The notes under the pieces are model-generated. The model worked only from the letters and a program-made list of their open reading frames with translations. It had not been told where the DNA came from and did not search any database. A DNA stretch of 59,905 nt, filler included, from Sphacelaria rigidula (lineage: Eukaryota): the NCBI GenBank assembly GCA_964200075.2. It is 10 parts of 10 records of this genome, joined end to end, with 100 filler letters (N's around TTAATTAATTAA, not from the genome) between each part and the next. Parts side by side here need not be neighbours in the genome. Positions count along the whole stretch, not along the records: positions 1 to 5,901 come from CAXNAA020023628.1; positions 6,002 to 11,902 come from CAXNAA020023629.1; positions 12,003 to 17,903 come from CAXNAA020023630.1; 7 more parts are not named here. One strand, given 5' to 3'. Position numbers and translations under genes: made by a program. Of the stretch, positions 1 to 12,523 are shown in pieces; positions within the stretch are counted from its first letter, which is position 1; each line of letters begins with the position of its first letter.

Positions 1-339
1 AAGTGCGGCGGGAGAGCCGCGTTAATCCCTCCGGAGGGTGTTGAGTGGCAGACAGCAATCCCCCCCCCCCCGCGACCACGCGTTCGTCCCGCAGTGCAGT
101 CTTCGTCCCACATGATAGCGCAAACGTGAGCTCTCACGTCGACATCCAACCCTTAGAGAAAGTACTCGCGGTTAGGTTTTTCGCCTTGCCGAGGCATGCA
201 GCGCTTCAACGTCATGATTGCTTTTTCTTTCTCATCTCCCTGTGAGGATATTTCATCGATTCACTGTCCCGGGGAATTTCGCGCGCGGGTCTCTTGTCGC
301 CGCAGTATATAGGACTCGCTTTGTTGCTTGTGGCATGAT

Positions 340-570
340 CGATGGACCCGCACAATTTCGTGTCAAATATCAAAAGCTCAATCATTTCTTTTTTGTCGTT
401 TATGTTTTCGTTTACTAAGGTTATGCTTCGGGCGATATTGATCACCAGACGTCTCGGAATTTCGCTGAGCCAACTCCACCCTGCTGAAGAACATGTGCAG
501 CATCGGCTACTTGGAGAAAATTGCTCCATTTCAAGTAGTGGGACAGCTGCAAATTCTACCAGGAATCCCC
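340..570 (-). pseudogene. Possible decayed hAT transposase C-terminal (dimerization) fragment
   Basis: Joining frames by eye gives HYLKWSNFLQVADAAHVLQQGGVGSA(N)SE..W...SKRKHK..KEMIELLIF, which loosely follows the hATC pattern (W..LA..L..S.SER.WS..KRNRL..LVF); needs several frameshifts. Confidence 0.25.
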
Positions 571-742
571 TTTTGCATTCGTTTTGTACAATTTTGCGCT
601 AGCAGCTGCAAGGGTCAGTTCACCGCGCAGAATATCGACCATTTTGTGACCTCTGTGGATCTGTCCAAATCCCACACAGTTTTTCACAACTCAAGCATCG
701 TTGCAATTTTTGCGAAGCCAAAAATCTCTACGCATGCTCAGC

Positions 743-1094
743 CGGTCGCCCCGGTGGCTCAGTTGGCAACCTCAAAACATTCTGACGGTTGGGTCGTGGG
801 TTCGAATCTCGGTGCTGTCGCACAATCTGAGATTTTTTCACACACCATGGCCAACAATGGAGAGCGACCATGTTGTGGGTGCACAAAATTCGACTTCAAG
901 GTCGACGAGGGAATGTGACAGCTGAACCCCTCTCGCAATAACGAATAAGGCAAGCATCCCTGAAGGAAGGTGGAGAACTAAAACAAGATGAAGATGAAAA
1001 CACTCCTCTCTTGGCTCTCCTCCTGTGTGATCCCGGCTGTTGCGCCCACATCTACCGAAAGGTGTAGACTGGCGTCCAGAATTGATGGGGTGAC

Positions 1095-1134
<40 letters not shown>
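743..1134 (+). mobile_element. tRNA-derived SINE, family A, full length
   Basis: A box TGGCTCAGTTGG, B box GGTTCGAATC, (CA)n tail; exact 10-bp TSD CATGCTCAGC at 733-742 and 1135-1144; aligns end to end with 43064-43431 on the minus strand. Confidence 0.9.
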
Positions 1135-1138
<4 letters not shown>

Positions 1139-4078
1139 CTCAGCTGTCCACAAGATCGCGGGATATAGTTCCTGGTAGCGTGCCCGGTTTCCGCAACATC
1201 AATCATTATGCGTCACCCAAACCTCCTCGGCATGGTAGCCGTTGATCCGATATACTGCGCTTATGGTGGAGTATGGCGAATCGGCGAAATTGTGTGTCCC
1301 GGAAGTTCCCCGAGCTACTCCAGTCTGGTCGCAAACTGCGGAAGTGGTGGAGAAAATTGCGTACAATTTGACTGGCACGTTGACTTCAAAGGGCTTGGGC
1401 TGACGTCTAGCGTTTTGTATTCGGCCGACACCAGCTACAAGATAGCAACCCTCTGAATCAAGTGCCCATCGGGTAATAATATCCTATGATTTGCTCCGCG
1501 ATCCGCACGCATAAAACACTTTCGGATCGAACGCCGCCCATCGAACCCGCAGCACCAGCAGCAGCAGCAGCAGCATACATCATCCTCACGGGGAGCGGGA
1601 AATTGCTACATAACTGATCAATTGCCGCAGCGGCCCAGGCCCAGTAAAGGAGCGCACGGAGTAACAGGAAGTAGTACTGATGGGTCCGACACTGCTGCAA
1701 CATACTGCTCATATGACATGCCGAGAAGCCTTACACGTGGTGAAAGTGACGGAGGGAGCTCCGCGCCGGGACTGGCCGACAACGCTTGTCTTGTGAGTAT
1801 ACATCCGCCCCAGCAAGATTGTTTTCGATATTTCGACCTAGAACAGGGCTGTGAACTGTACCATTTTTTACGATCAATTAAACTGGAAGTGGAGTTAAAC
1901 GGGAACTGGCGACGAGGGCGCCAGCTTATCCAGTTTATTTGAGGTTTGCTATTGCTCGGTATTTTTATGCTATTTTTAGTGTAGGAAATTTGTAAGAAAG
2001 TTGCTTACACCATCACGTACAATCTGACTGCACGATTGAGACCTGCTCTGCCGTTGGAGAGAGATATGGAGTATTATTTGAGACAGAGGGCGCTTCGAAG
2101 GCGACGACGGAAATTGCTTCCGTCAATGAAGCGTGAAGCAGCGGTGCACAGCTTCATGCTTCGTATTCCGTATTTCGGGCGGCTGGTACAGCATAGGTCT
2201 GGCGTTGTGTGATAGTGCCACAGCACATGAAGAACGGGTTGGCCCTGGGCCAGTCACCAGCTGACGACTTCAGGTGTTTTCTTCGTTGGCACCTCGTAGT
2301 TCTGCAGTTTCCCGTTATTCTCGGCCGTATAGCGTGTAAGTCGACGGCTGGTCCATCGAATGAGGAAAATGGAGGAACGAACAGGAGTTTTGACTTATGT
2401 ACGGCGGGACGCTTGATGCGGAATTGACTGCCGAACGCCAAACCTCACTTGGCACTTGGCACTTGGCACTTGGCAATTTCATGATGAAGAGCGTTTTGAA
2501 CATGATGCAGCACATGCTCATTACACCGCGAAGTGAGAGCAGAAATATGCCAAAGTGCGTCGTTTCATTGCACGACATCCAAAACATATACGAAGTAATA
2601 AGCTAAATACTGCAATTTTTCTCGTCTCCGGCGGCGCTCCCGCGAGACCCTCACCAGCCGGGGATGGAATTGGGGCTCGCGGCTTCGCCGCTTGCCGCAA
2701 AAGACCCACGAGTCTTTTTCCACGATCGCTCTTAATGAGGGCCTCAGATGGGATGCTGGGTTGACATATGGGTGTTGAGTACCGGAAATGTGGCTGTGGC
2801 TTGTCTACGTACAAATGTACGCAGCGCAGTGTCCAACTGTCGACATACAGGAAGGACGGTTGAGTTCGGTGAACCCAGCTCTAACAAGAGAGCTCGCGAA
2901 GGATTTGCGGCGTTGGTGAAACACTTTCTCCGTGCAATAAACGAAGGGAAGATGACGGTTTTCACTGGCGCTCCATTTGGCCAAAATAGAAAAGAACACA
3001 ATAAGTATCTTCTCAACAGAGGACTGGTGAAAAAGCTGGTAAGTCTGGTAAGGTGGGTAGCTTAGAAGGTAATAGCAAAGAGCTATATCAGTCTCTTGGC
3101 AAAACTCTTGGACACGATAAAGCCGTTCATCCGAACCGTTGATATCTTAGACGCTCATACCGACAAGTCTTTCACTATACTGGCAATATGCTGAATTTCT
3201 GTATACGGCCCTCACAGTGCATGAGCTTTTCACTTATCTACGACGAACGTTTCTACTACGATCTGTGCTACTAGTGCTGAACCAACCGTCACTGGTTCTG
3301 CTGCTAAACTTGCGAATGTACTCGGAAGAGATATTTTTATAAATTTCAACCTCGAGAGGAAAGTCTCACACGACGGTCGTGTTTTTTTTTTTTTCTATGC
3401 TGGTGTCATATAGTTGGCCTACTAAAGGGTACTCTGTATATCGCCAGTACTTTATATACCACCCCCTTCTGCAAGAACACCCCCGCATGATGGAGGTATC
3501 GGTCATATATGGTACGATGCCGATACATCCAATCAATAGTGTACCGGGGGCACGTCGTGAATCCCCCGCCCCCGCCCACCACCCGCCGCTAGTCTGAATA
3601 TCACGCGTGAGTGATGATACGTTTCCGGGACCCGCCGGTTTATCAACCGAACATGATGTACACCGCTACAGACGGTGGTTTTGATCGCATAAGAATGATA
3701 TGTATCCCCTGCACTGATGTTTACCGAGTCCTTGGAGGGTATGCCGTTGCTGTGGGCTTCCGAGTCAACGCCTGAAGTTTCAGACACTCAATGACTGCGA
3801 ATCGTAGATGGCTGAACATGAGTACCGCATTTCGTACGTGTTTCACGATGGACGTGTTGCCCTACTGAGGAGTAGAATTTGCTTTTTGTCCATTCACTCG
3901 TGAAACGGAGTTGTTTGCTTCATTCGTGGGCATACTTCATTAGTGACTCCAAAGCTTGTTCGATATTTGTTGTTCCTTGAGCTACCTGTCTCTGGTTTGC
4001 GATCATGCACTTTATCATGCAAATCAATGTATTGCCCTCTATTCACGTTGAAGGTCGATGACTCGTGGCCGCAACCCT

Positions 4079-4230
4079 GGGCTGTGGTCTGCAAGTGGGA
4101 CCCTGCCCTGCCCTGTCCTGCCCGGCCCTGTTCGCTTGACTCGCTCGTATTATCCCGCGACGAGAAACCAGATTTGCTGATTCGTACGCAATGCGTATGG
4201 GAAACGCCCATCTATCGCAATCTTCAGCCC
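4079..4230. mobile_element. Possible small GGG...CCC-ended MITE
   Basis: Ends GGGCTG...CAGCCC, flanks CCCT/CACT (3/4); right end CTATCGCAATCTTCAGCCC resembles the TIR of the 57444 MITE. Confidence 0.3.
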
Positions 4231-5239
4231 CACTGGTCTCCGTGAAGCACAAGCTACTGACATGGTGCCGGTGTATTGTTTGCGTTTCTCCGTTCTATCC
4301 TGGGGAGGCTAAAAAAGTGTTGATTGGTGACCGAAATGATACTGAGCGGCCTGCTCTGCCACCACCCTAAGAGCAAGCATTGTTAGCTAACACGAACTGC
4401 AGTAGTTTCTAGAAACAAACAAGAATCAGAAGCCAGCTCCCTGGAAACAACCAATGAGACTTTGTCGTTCTAGCTCCGGTTTCGAGAGGGCTTACCCCAT
4501 TCAAGCGCCGCTCGCCCCGCAAATCATCCCTCTCAAGAATATACCTAAACCACTGCGGGCGTGTGCACGGATCTGTCTTCACGCCAGGTGTGCTGGTCGA
4601 AGACGGTGGACTGTACTCTGGTGCCCTGCGGACACCGCCTTTGCTGCATGGACTGCTCAGAGACGCTGATCAACTGCTCCATCTGCTCAGCAACCATTAA
4701 GCAAAGAATCCGGACCATCAACGTCTAACGACCATACTTGAGGATGATGGTGTGGACGAGGGAAGACACGAAACAACCCTTTTGCCAAAAACGTAGTGGC
4801 ACTGTGCTGGGGCGCCTGTGGCTTGTACTGACGAGGGTGCGAATCGCGTTTGGTCATTTGCAGTACGAACGAAGTCGAGAGGGCTCGACCTTCCTTTTTC
4901 CCCTACTTTCTCTATTGTTCCTCGACCTGTCTCGGCGAGGCAATTTTGTTTCGGGAGAATCTGGAACATCTTGTATGTAGGGATTTACTAGTGGTAAGTG
5001 CGCTGTTTTCACTTCAAAGAGAGCGAGGTAATTCTTAGGTCCATTTTCGGCGCATGGAGCTATATGTATGTATATAAGGATCAGGGTGTTGTTTATCAGG
5101 CATCTGGGTGCCTCGTTACCACGACCTTTGTACTTCTCATCCACGTATTATATAGACTTACTTTCGGGGGATGGTACATGCATGTGGGTGCAATCGAAAA
5201 TAGCTCATTATTCGCCCCCCCCCCACCCCCCCCCCCGCG

Positions 5240-5866
5240 CCTGGTCCGGCGAGAACCCGGCGTGTTCCATCCCGGCTTTGTAGGGGCGAACCCCCGATAG
5301 GGTTGGCGTCGGTTGGTGATGATGCTACAAAACACGACACTTACTGCGTAACCTAGGCAACCAGGGTAGCCTTTTTGTTTCGCGCGCTTGTTTTTTTTTT
5401 GCAGTATCCGTGATGGTAGTCGAGCTAGATCATGTTGTGCGGCGTGGGAGAACATCAACTCCGCACAGTGGGGATGATTGTTCCACGTAGTGTTTAAATG
5501 GTGAGACGCCCATGAGGCAGTGTATAAGCCGTGGCTGTCTCTGGAAGTGGCGATACCATAAAATAGAGCAACTCATTGTAGGTTGTCATCCAAATGCAAG
5601 ATCATCAGTGAGCTTCAGGCCGAACAATCCTAGCAGGATGCAGGTCACCCTTCATGCGACACGCCGAACACACACCACGGCGCTTCGCGCTTGGTGATTG
5701 AGTGCGTGCCTGGTCCGTCGAAAACCAGATGTGCTCCGTCCCGGCTTTGTAGGGATGCGAGGTCCCTGGTCTGATTACTATGGTATGCATGATCATGAGC
5801 ACCCCTCCCTCCCTCCCTCCCCCGCAGCACCGTCCCGGCTTTGTAGGGGCGGACCCCCGATGGGGG
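5240..5866 (+). repeat. Dispersed repeat motif TCCCGGCTTTGTAGGG (three copies)
   Basis: Copies near 5270, 5740 and 5833; two continue as GCG(A/G)ACCCCCGAT; a variant begins contig 7 at 36007. Confidence 0.7.
5509..5558 (+). repeat. 50-bp repeat shared with contig 9
   Basis: 49/50 identical to 53855-53904. Confidence 0.85.
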
Positions 5867-5901
5867 TGGCGGCGCTTGGCGGTGACGCTGTAAAACACGC
5901 C

Positions 5902-6001
5902 NNNNNNNNNNNNNNNNNNNNNNNNNNNNNNNNNNNNNNNNNNNNTTAATTAATTAANNNNNNNNNNNNNNNNNNNNNNNNNNNNNNNNNNNNNNNNNNN
6001 N
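5902..6001. other. Artificial contig linker
   Basis: N44-TTAATTAATTAA-N44; gives stops in all six frames. Confidence 0.99.
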
Positions 6002-6099
6002 AAATACAAGCGCAACGCAAGTGTGAAAGGATGTCTGACACAATTATGGGCCTCTTTTTTCGTGCAACCAAATACCTCCCCCCTATCGTAGGATGACTC
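6002..6099. mobile_element. Right end of a Sola2-like TIR element (cut by contig start)
   Basis: TCGTGCAACCAAATAC(C)nCTATCGTAGGATGACTC, also at 18008-18048; terminus resembles the TIR of the 57444-57701 MITE. Confidence 0.6.
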
Positions 6100-6299
6100 A
6101 TGAGTACACCGGTAGAGTACGTTGGACTACTGACTGTAGAAGGGTTGAGAGTGCTGGAACGTGGGTTTTATTCTGAACAAATGTGCAAGCAGTTCACTTA
6201 TGGACTGTTTTAGTTGACGCGCGTAACACAAACGTGCGTCGAGTACAGAATACGTGCGAAGGCGTTGAGCCTTTTTCGTCACAGATCACTCGTTGGCTC

Positions 6300-8483
6300 T
6301 GTTGCGCCCGGTGAATAGAGAATACTCTGAACTAAATCCCTTCGAATACATAAACGTCCGTGAGCAGTACACCCACGGCATCAATATGGGGGGAGTTGTT
6401 CGCACGTGCGTGATAAAATCTCAACTTGAGACTCCCTACAGCCTTAACCGGTAGCACTTTAGCATCCCCTAAAACAACATTTTCTTTCCCCACTGGTGAA
6501 GGACGAGTATCGAAAACGTCGGTCATGCTGCCTATGGTGTGGTGCGATGTACCTGAGTCTGCAATCCATAGTTCTGAATCAGGAAGAGGCGGAGATTTCA
6601 TCTGATGCAACACCCCACCCTTCACCGAAATTACCCAAACTGAAAACTGATTCTTCTGGTGCGGCAGAAAGCGCAATGTACACATTACCACCAGGCTTAT
6701 CAGCACGCAGCAGCTCGGCAGTTGACGTTCGGTGGGGGTTTACCGGATGGAATATCGGTCGGATGACTCGTAGTAGAGTGACGAGTATGATGGTGGTTGT
6801 CCCGCGGAGGAAGGGTCATGGTGGGATTGGTTTGGCGGTGGAGGGTGTGATGGGTAGCAGGGGAGATGTTCGGTGATGGTGGGTTGCGGCTGCACGTAAT
6901 GTTACGAGGTATGACATTGTTCTGTGTGGGCAAAACCGGCATCGTTGAAAGCATCGTCCTTATGGACAAAGTTATCAATGCTCTCAGGGTGCTGGTGGGC
7001 GGGATCAGTCTGCTGAACGGTGTTGGCTCGTGGTGAATGGTTGTGGATTTGGTGTTGTGGATGCGGGTCAGGGGATTATGATGATATATGATTGGTTGTG
7101 TGGTTAGATTGTTGTTGGTGGTGTGTTGGGCTCTGATTACCTGAGGAACGGTCGTGATCTGGGTCTGTATATGTTGGTTGGTGGGTGTGATGCTGCTGGG
7201 TGTGGTGCTGGCGAGGAGGGCAGTGAGGACCGTAGAGTGGACAACGAATCTGGTAGGTTCGTCGATTGGGTTGGTGTACCATTCCACGTCCAGGTCCCGA
7301 CCGGTTTCACGGATGGTGTGGTCACCATTGCTGTTGTCTCGGGGGATACCGCCCCCTCGACCACCATGACCACCGCTGAAATGTTGCTGTGGGCCATGAT
7401 GGGAATGGAAACTAGATTGTTGTGGGGGACTGGTGCGCTGTGGGGGAAAGTGGCAGTTGAAAGGGTGTTTGGAATTGTGGGATCGTCACCCCCCGCATTC
7501 TGCCTTCTGCCTGGTGAATAATGACCCCCTCCACCGTGAGTACTAGTAGCGGAAAGTGCATGACTTAGAGTTGTACTTTCCCTCTCTTTCAACAATTGTG
7601 CTTCAGCATAAGCATTTTCCAGTTGGCGGTTGATCTCTTCTATGTCTATCTCACGTAGTGCCAATAACGTTCGACGTTCGTGCTCGTATTCTGACGAGGC
7701 ATCGAACAATATGCCTGTTCGCCTCAGAGTCCGAGATAACTACATTGAATTCTGCGCGCTTCGTGCGCATGAACTGTGCCCGCGAGAGGAAATTCATCGG
7801 CAATTCACCGTCAGCCATCTGTAACGTTTGCCACTCGTACTCCAACTTGGCTTTTTCCGTTGCTGCTGGAATCCTGCAGTACTTGACGATGTGATCCCAT
7901 GCTTGGCTCGGGTTCATAAGCATATCGATGTGCCTCACTAAAGGGAGATAGGTTACCTTATCGAGAATTACCTTCATGGCCTTTTTGGCTTTGTCGACAG
8001 CTACGTTTCCGAAATGTGCTTGCAAATCCTCCTCGTTTTCACGATGTGTTCTGATGGGGTTGTCAACTGACAAAGCGCCATAGCAGTCTTCATCCTTGAA
8101 ATACGCACACATCTGGATGTACAATAACACTAGTGGATGTTGCAGCATTTTCATCCCAAGGCGGTATAGTTTTGTTGCTGCGAATGCGGTGGGAATTGGG
8201 GTTGTGGGACGGTGCTTGCTGTGCTGTATTAACAGGCATCACCGGTGTACTGTGTTGCAAATTTAGACAGGGCAGTCTAGGTTCGTTGTGTGTGATTGAA
8301 GTCGTCGCTGCAAGATGCTGTCCTGTATGAGCGGCACGACTTGAATGTTGGTTGTTGCGGTTCAGGTGAAACTGTAAACCACGTATGTGTTGTTTCACTG
8401 TACCTTTTTCATGGTAAATTAGGGTACGTTTGAAGATCTTTTGGTTTGCGTACTGCGTTGGTTTTTTTCCAGGGAGTGGAAAG
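6300..8483 (-). pseudogene. Decayed Ty1/Copia gag-protease
   Basis: Gag-like PSQAWDHIVKY...KAKLEYEWQTLQMADGELPMNFLSRA (7651-8154) and SSEYEHERRTLL; protease WIADSGTSHHTIGS...VVLGDAKVLPVKAVGSLKL...LTDVYV (6332-6706); frameshifted; 5' end interrupted by the next element. Confidence 0.85.
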
Positions 8484-8717
8484 TGTTGAGGCTCGCTCTC
8501 GCTCGCCACCGCTTCTCACTCTCCCCAGTAACCCAGTTTTTGCTTCAACAGCTCTCTCTTGCAAAAGAGGCGGTTTGGTATTTTAGGTCAAAAGCGCCGA
8601 ACTACACGATCTTGTTTTTCACTCTACTGCTCCTCGCAAGTAGCTTCACCGCTACAGTGCAAGCCTCTGGTCAACTGTCCAGCGAGACAGTGCCGTGCCA
8701 GCGAATGATTTCCAACA
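8484..8717 (+). mobile_element. 5' LTR of a Copia element
   Basis: 234 bp, begins TGTTG and ends CAACA; followed directly by a primer binding site and then gag. Confidence 0.75.
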
Positions 8718-8824
8718 GGTTATCAGCCTCGGTTCGCGACCACATAGGCCAACAGGTTTTGAGCCTTCGGTTCGCGACCAGATAGGTCTTTAGGTCATCA
8801 GCCTTCGGTTCGAGACTACATCGG
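8718..8824 (+). promoter_or_regulatory. Primer binding site (half-tRNA-iMet type), in three tandem copies
   Basis: GGTTATCAGCC, GGTTTTGAGCC and GGTCATCAGCC in ~37-40 bp units; each differs by 1-2 nt from GGTTATGAGCC, the complement of the tRNA-iMet anticodon arm. Confidence 0.7.
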
Positions 8825-8950
8825 TGAGCACGAGCGAGGATGTGTCACATCAAGGTCGCCACAGCAGCGACGATCAAGAGTTCAAGAACCCTAATCTTTC
8901 TAAACGATCTGCAAGTGTGAAGAGAAAGTTTTATTAGAAATGTGAGGTAG

Positions 8951-11765
8951 ATGAATATGTCGGGAGAGCCATCTGTGACTCAGCTAATCAAGAGCATCAA
9001 CAAGTTCGACGGTAAAACGTTCGTTGAGTAGATGCGCTCTACGCGCGCTATCATTTCTTTAACTCATTCGGGGATGGCGGATATCCTCAACGGGGTCAAA
9101 CGCCCCGCGGAAATCCTGGAAGAAGATTTTTCCGAGGAAGACCTGCCACAACCAGCTGCCACAAGACCTAGCCCTGCTAGAACTCGTTCTCAAACTGCCC
9201 GCCAGCAGTTGTCCGTTCGACCGCATTCATCATCGGTGGAGGCAACCGCGGGAGACGAGACGATCGCAGCGGTGGACGGGACTGGACCTACCGAAGGGGA
9301 CCATCATTCTACACAAGAATCTCGTTCTCCCAGCATGGTGTCACATGTAAGACAGATTTCTAATACGCGTGAGATAGAGAGTTGGGACCGGTGCAATCAA
9401 CAATTGTTCCATGTTGTGTACCTGCCTACAACCGGTCCTGCAGCGAGTTATTTGTTGCGTTTTCAGCCGAAGGGTTCAGAGAGACCAAACGGCAAGCGTG
9501 CATGGGAAGCTTTGATTTCCAAGTCTTGAATTTCTTCGAAGCAGAGAATCAGGATCTTGATGAGAGAACTCAACAACGTCACTATGTCACCAGGGTAAGA
9601 ACCTGATATTTTCTTGAGCAAAGTATATCAGCTTCGCGACGAACTGAACAACGTTGGCGAGGTCATTTCCGAACGGCTGACTGACATATTCATCGGAGGT
9701 TGAACGAGCGAGTATGACCTCATCAAGTACAATGAGGAGCGTGATTCAGATCTCAGTATTCAGAGCATCGAAACAACAATGCGAAATATGTATGCTAATC
9801 GCATGGCGCGGAGATTTACCTCCGGAAAATCGCATGGCCGCGATTCATCACTGCTGGTGGCATCACTGTCGAAATATTTGAATCAACCCCTGAAACTCCG
9901 TGGAAATTGCTACACCTGGGGGAGACCAGGACATCAGGCCAGAGACTGTCGCGCTATAATGCAGTCAAACCATGGCAATAGGCCTGTAAAATTGTGCAGT
10001 TTCCATCATACTGACAAGCATGACGATTCTGAGTGTAGATCTCAACAGAACAGCGGGAATGCGACCAACAACGCTGGAAACAACAACAATGACCATCATC
10101 ATCGTAGAAATCCCCGCCATCGAAATAACAACCGCGACATCGGCAGCAACAACTCCGACGGACATCAACGCCAAGCCAACACAGCCGTCGCCGATCCAGC
10201 TTCTACAACCGTGCCATCAAACAACAACGGCCTACAAACTTCTTCATCAACAGCTGCGACAGTGATCGATTCATCTTCACCATCAAACGGTATGGAATTG
10301 TCGTTTCTTTCCGGCCCACATGTCACTGATACATCCGATCAAACTTCTTTTCAGTTGACAGTGGACAGCGGCAGCACTGGACACTTTCTGGATGATCAGT
10401 TGCTACCCGACATTGAACGTGAAATGGTCGAGATTGTCACTCTTGATCTCCCGACGACTATCTTAATAGCCGGACGCCATCTACTGCATGGTACAGCAAA
10501 ATGACTTCTCAACACCGTCGTCATCGACTCTGAGGGGTACCAACGTTCTGTTCGGCTCCCAGCCGTGATTATCCCAGGTTTGTGGAAGCATCTGTTCTCC
10601 CCTGTGCAAGCTCTTGCAAAGGGGGCTTCGATTATATTTTCTCACGAGTCCTATATCGACCTCGGAAAGTGTAAAGTACCAATCAACAGTGACAGCAACG
10701 GAGCGTTACAGTACACCAGCGTGAGAGTTTGTCGGAAATCGGGTAGTATTAATGACAGCTCAGCATTTACAGCTACAATTATGTCGGGAGAATCTATGGG
10801 CATCGGGACAGCCGTTGTTGCAGAAGCCATTTACCACGACATGCCAGGAGTTTCAGCAGCCAAATCTGCCACAGCGGGAGCAGAACCGACAGCTCTGTCT
10901 ACCACGACAGGAGCAGACATTTAGCATAGGCGACTTGGACATCCCACGGAGCAGGTCATGCGCCGTCTACTGAATTTTCCTGAATCAGGTGTGAACTTCG
11001 AGGGGTCACTGTCACCTTGTGTAACGTGCAGGCTAAATAAAAGTGTACAGCGGGACCACTCAAAGACTGTAGACTCCACGAATATTTTGGAACGACTGCA
11101 ACTGGTCAACACTGGCCTAACAGGACCGATCACGCCCATGGCACAGTGGGGCTACCGTTACATGGAAAAATTTAGGGATCACTTCACGCGTTTCAAGGTA
11201 GTCTACTTCATCAAAACGAAGGATGAGACCCTAACTACACTCTGCAGGTTCATCCGAGATTTGGCTATTCCTTTAGGACTCCGTGTACACCGTCTGCGGT
11301 CACACCGTGGGGATGAATATTACGCGGACTATTTTAAGAGGTACTGCAAAACTACGGATATCCGTCAAGAGTTTACCAGCCCATACACTCCTCAGTAGAA
11401 TGGCATCACTGAAAGAGACGGGTGGAGTACCTTGAACGTTACACGTTGTCTCCTGAACGAATCGAATTTGCTGAAATATTTTTGGGGAGAAATTGCTGCA
11501 ACTGCGGTTTTTTTAGTTAAGCCTACCGCACACGAGCATCGGCGGGGAAACTCCATATTTCGGATGTTTCTTGAGCAATCGAAGCTATCATTTTTGCGGA
11601 CAATTGGGTCGAGGGCGCTTATGCACAGGGAGCGTCATCACAGTAAGTTGGAAGAAAAGGCTTGGGAAGGAGTGCTAGTAGGGCATAATTCCAATAGTCC
11701 ATCGTACCGCATTTACAACCGCTACTCTGGAACAATACCCAGGTCCAGAAACGTCACTTTCATCG
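8951..11765 (+). pseudogene. Decayed Ty1/Copia gag-pol (gag, zinc knuckle, protease, integrase; RT not in contig)
   Basis: INKFDGKTFVE*; knuckle CYTWGRPGHQARDC; protease LTVDSGSTGHF; *HRRLGHP...CVTC; integrase DHFTRFKVVYF...RLRSHRGDEY...PYTPQ*NGITER; SH3-like KLEEKAWEGVLVGH...SRNVTF; many in-frame stops; protease-integrase order is Copia-type. Confidence 0.93.
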
Positions 11766-11902
11766 TACAAGTAACAGGAGCTCCGAAATTGTTTCTTCAT
11801 TTGGGATCCCAATATCTCGGTTATTGACGTCCAAATTTTTAGGACATGTAGCAGTTATCATTAGCTACCAGTAGGTAAAGGAATGGAACCATATTTCGAA
11901 GA

Positions 11903-12002
11903 NNNNNNNNNNNNNNNNNNNNNNNNNNNNNNNNNNNNNNNNNNNNTTAATTAATTAANNNNNNNNNNNNNNNNNNNNNNNNNNNNNNNNNNNNNNNNNN
12001 NN
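11903..12002. other. Artificial contig linker
   Basis: Same 100-bp linker. Confidence 0.99.
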
Positions 12003-12244
12003 CTCCACGGCCGTGTGAAGTACACCTACTTTGCGGCTGGTTCCACCTGAAGTCTTATACTATGACTCTTGTATGCGGGTTTTCAGGTAGTCGAGATTTT
12101 TTTTTTCTTCCGGCGCAACACTGACACATGCAACCGTTTCCACGTATCAACGTGCATGAACATCAAAACAGGAACAAATCCAAAATCGACGTGGCTCCCG
12201 TAGATATTGAGCCCAACCGGGGCAAACATGTGCGGATGAACTAG

Positions 12245-12480
12245 GCCGGTGGCTCACCCAGAGCAATCATGGCGTAGCTCCCATAGCCCATCGACGGCGA
12301 ATGTGCGTAGCTCATGCATTTCTCATAGCTCACCCACGGTAAACAGTCGCCCATGAACTACTGGCTGGTCGCTCACCTTATGGCAGCGTAGCCCATGTAG
12401 CTCATGTAGATCATCCAGGAAAACATGTGTAGCTCACGTGGCTCTCATAGCTCACAAGGGAGCTACGCTAGAAAAGAGCT
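12245..12480. repeat. Degenerate TAGCTCA/TAGCCCA-rich repeat
   Basis: About ten copies of (G/A)TAGCTCA-like heptamers. Confidence 0.55.
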
Positions 12481-12523
12481 AGCCCGAGCAACAGGGAGCT
12501 GATCTGTGCCAAATGTGGATCAC

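Noticed and set aside
743..820. tRNA gene
   Set aside because: A and B boxes only; no acceptor stem or anticodon arm, and it continues into a SINE body with a TSD
1622..3300. Possible decayed gene or transposase on the plus strand
   Set aside because: Short ORFs in mixed frames with no motif I can name
5946..5957. Recurring TTAATTAATTAA as a regulatory or recombination site
   Set aside because: Always centred in identical N runs; assembly linker
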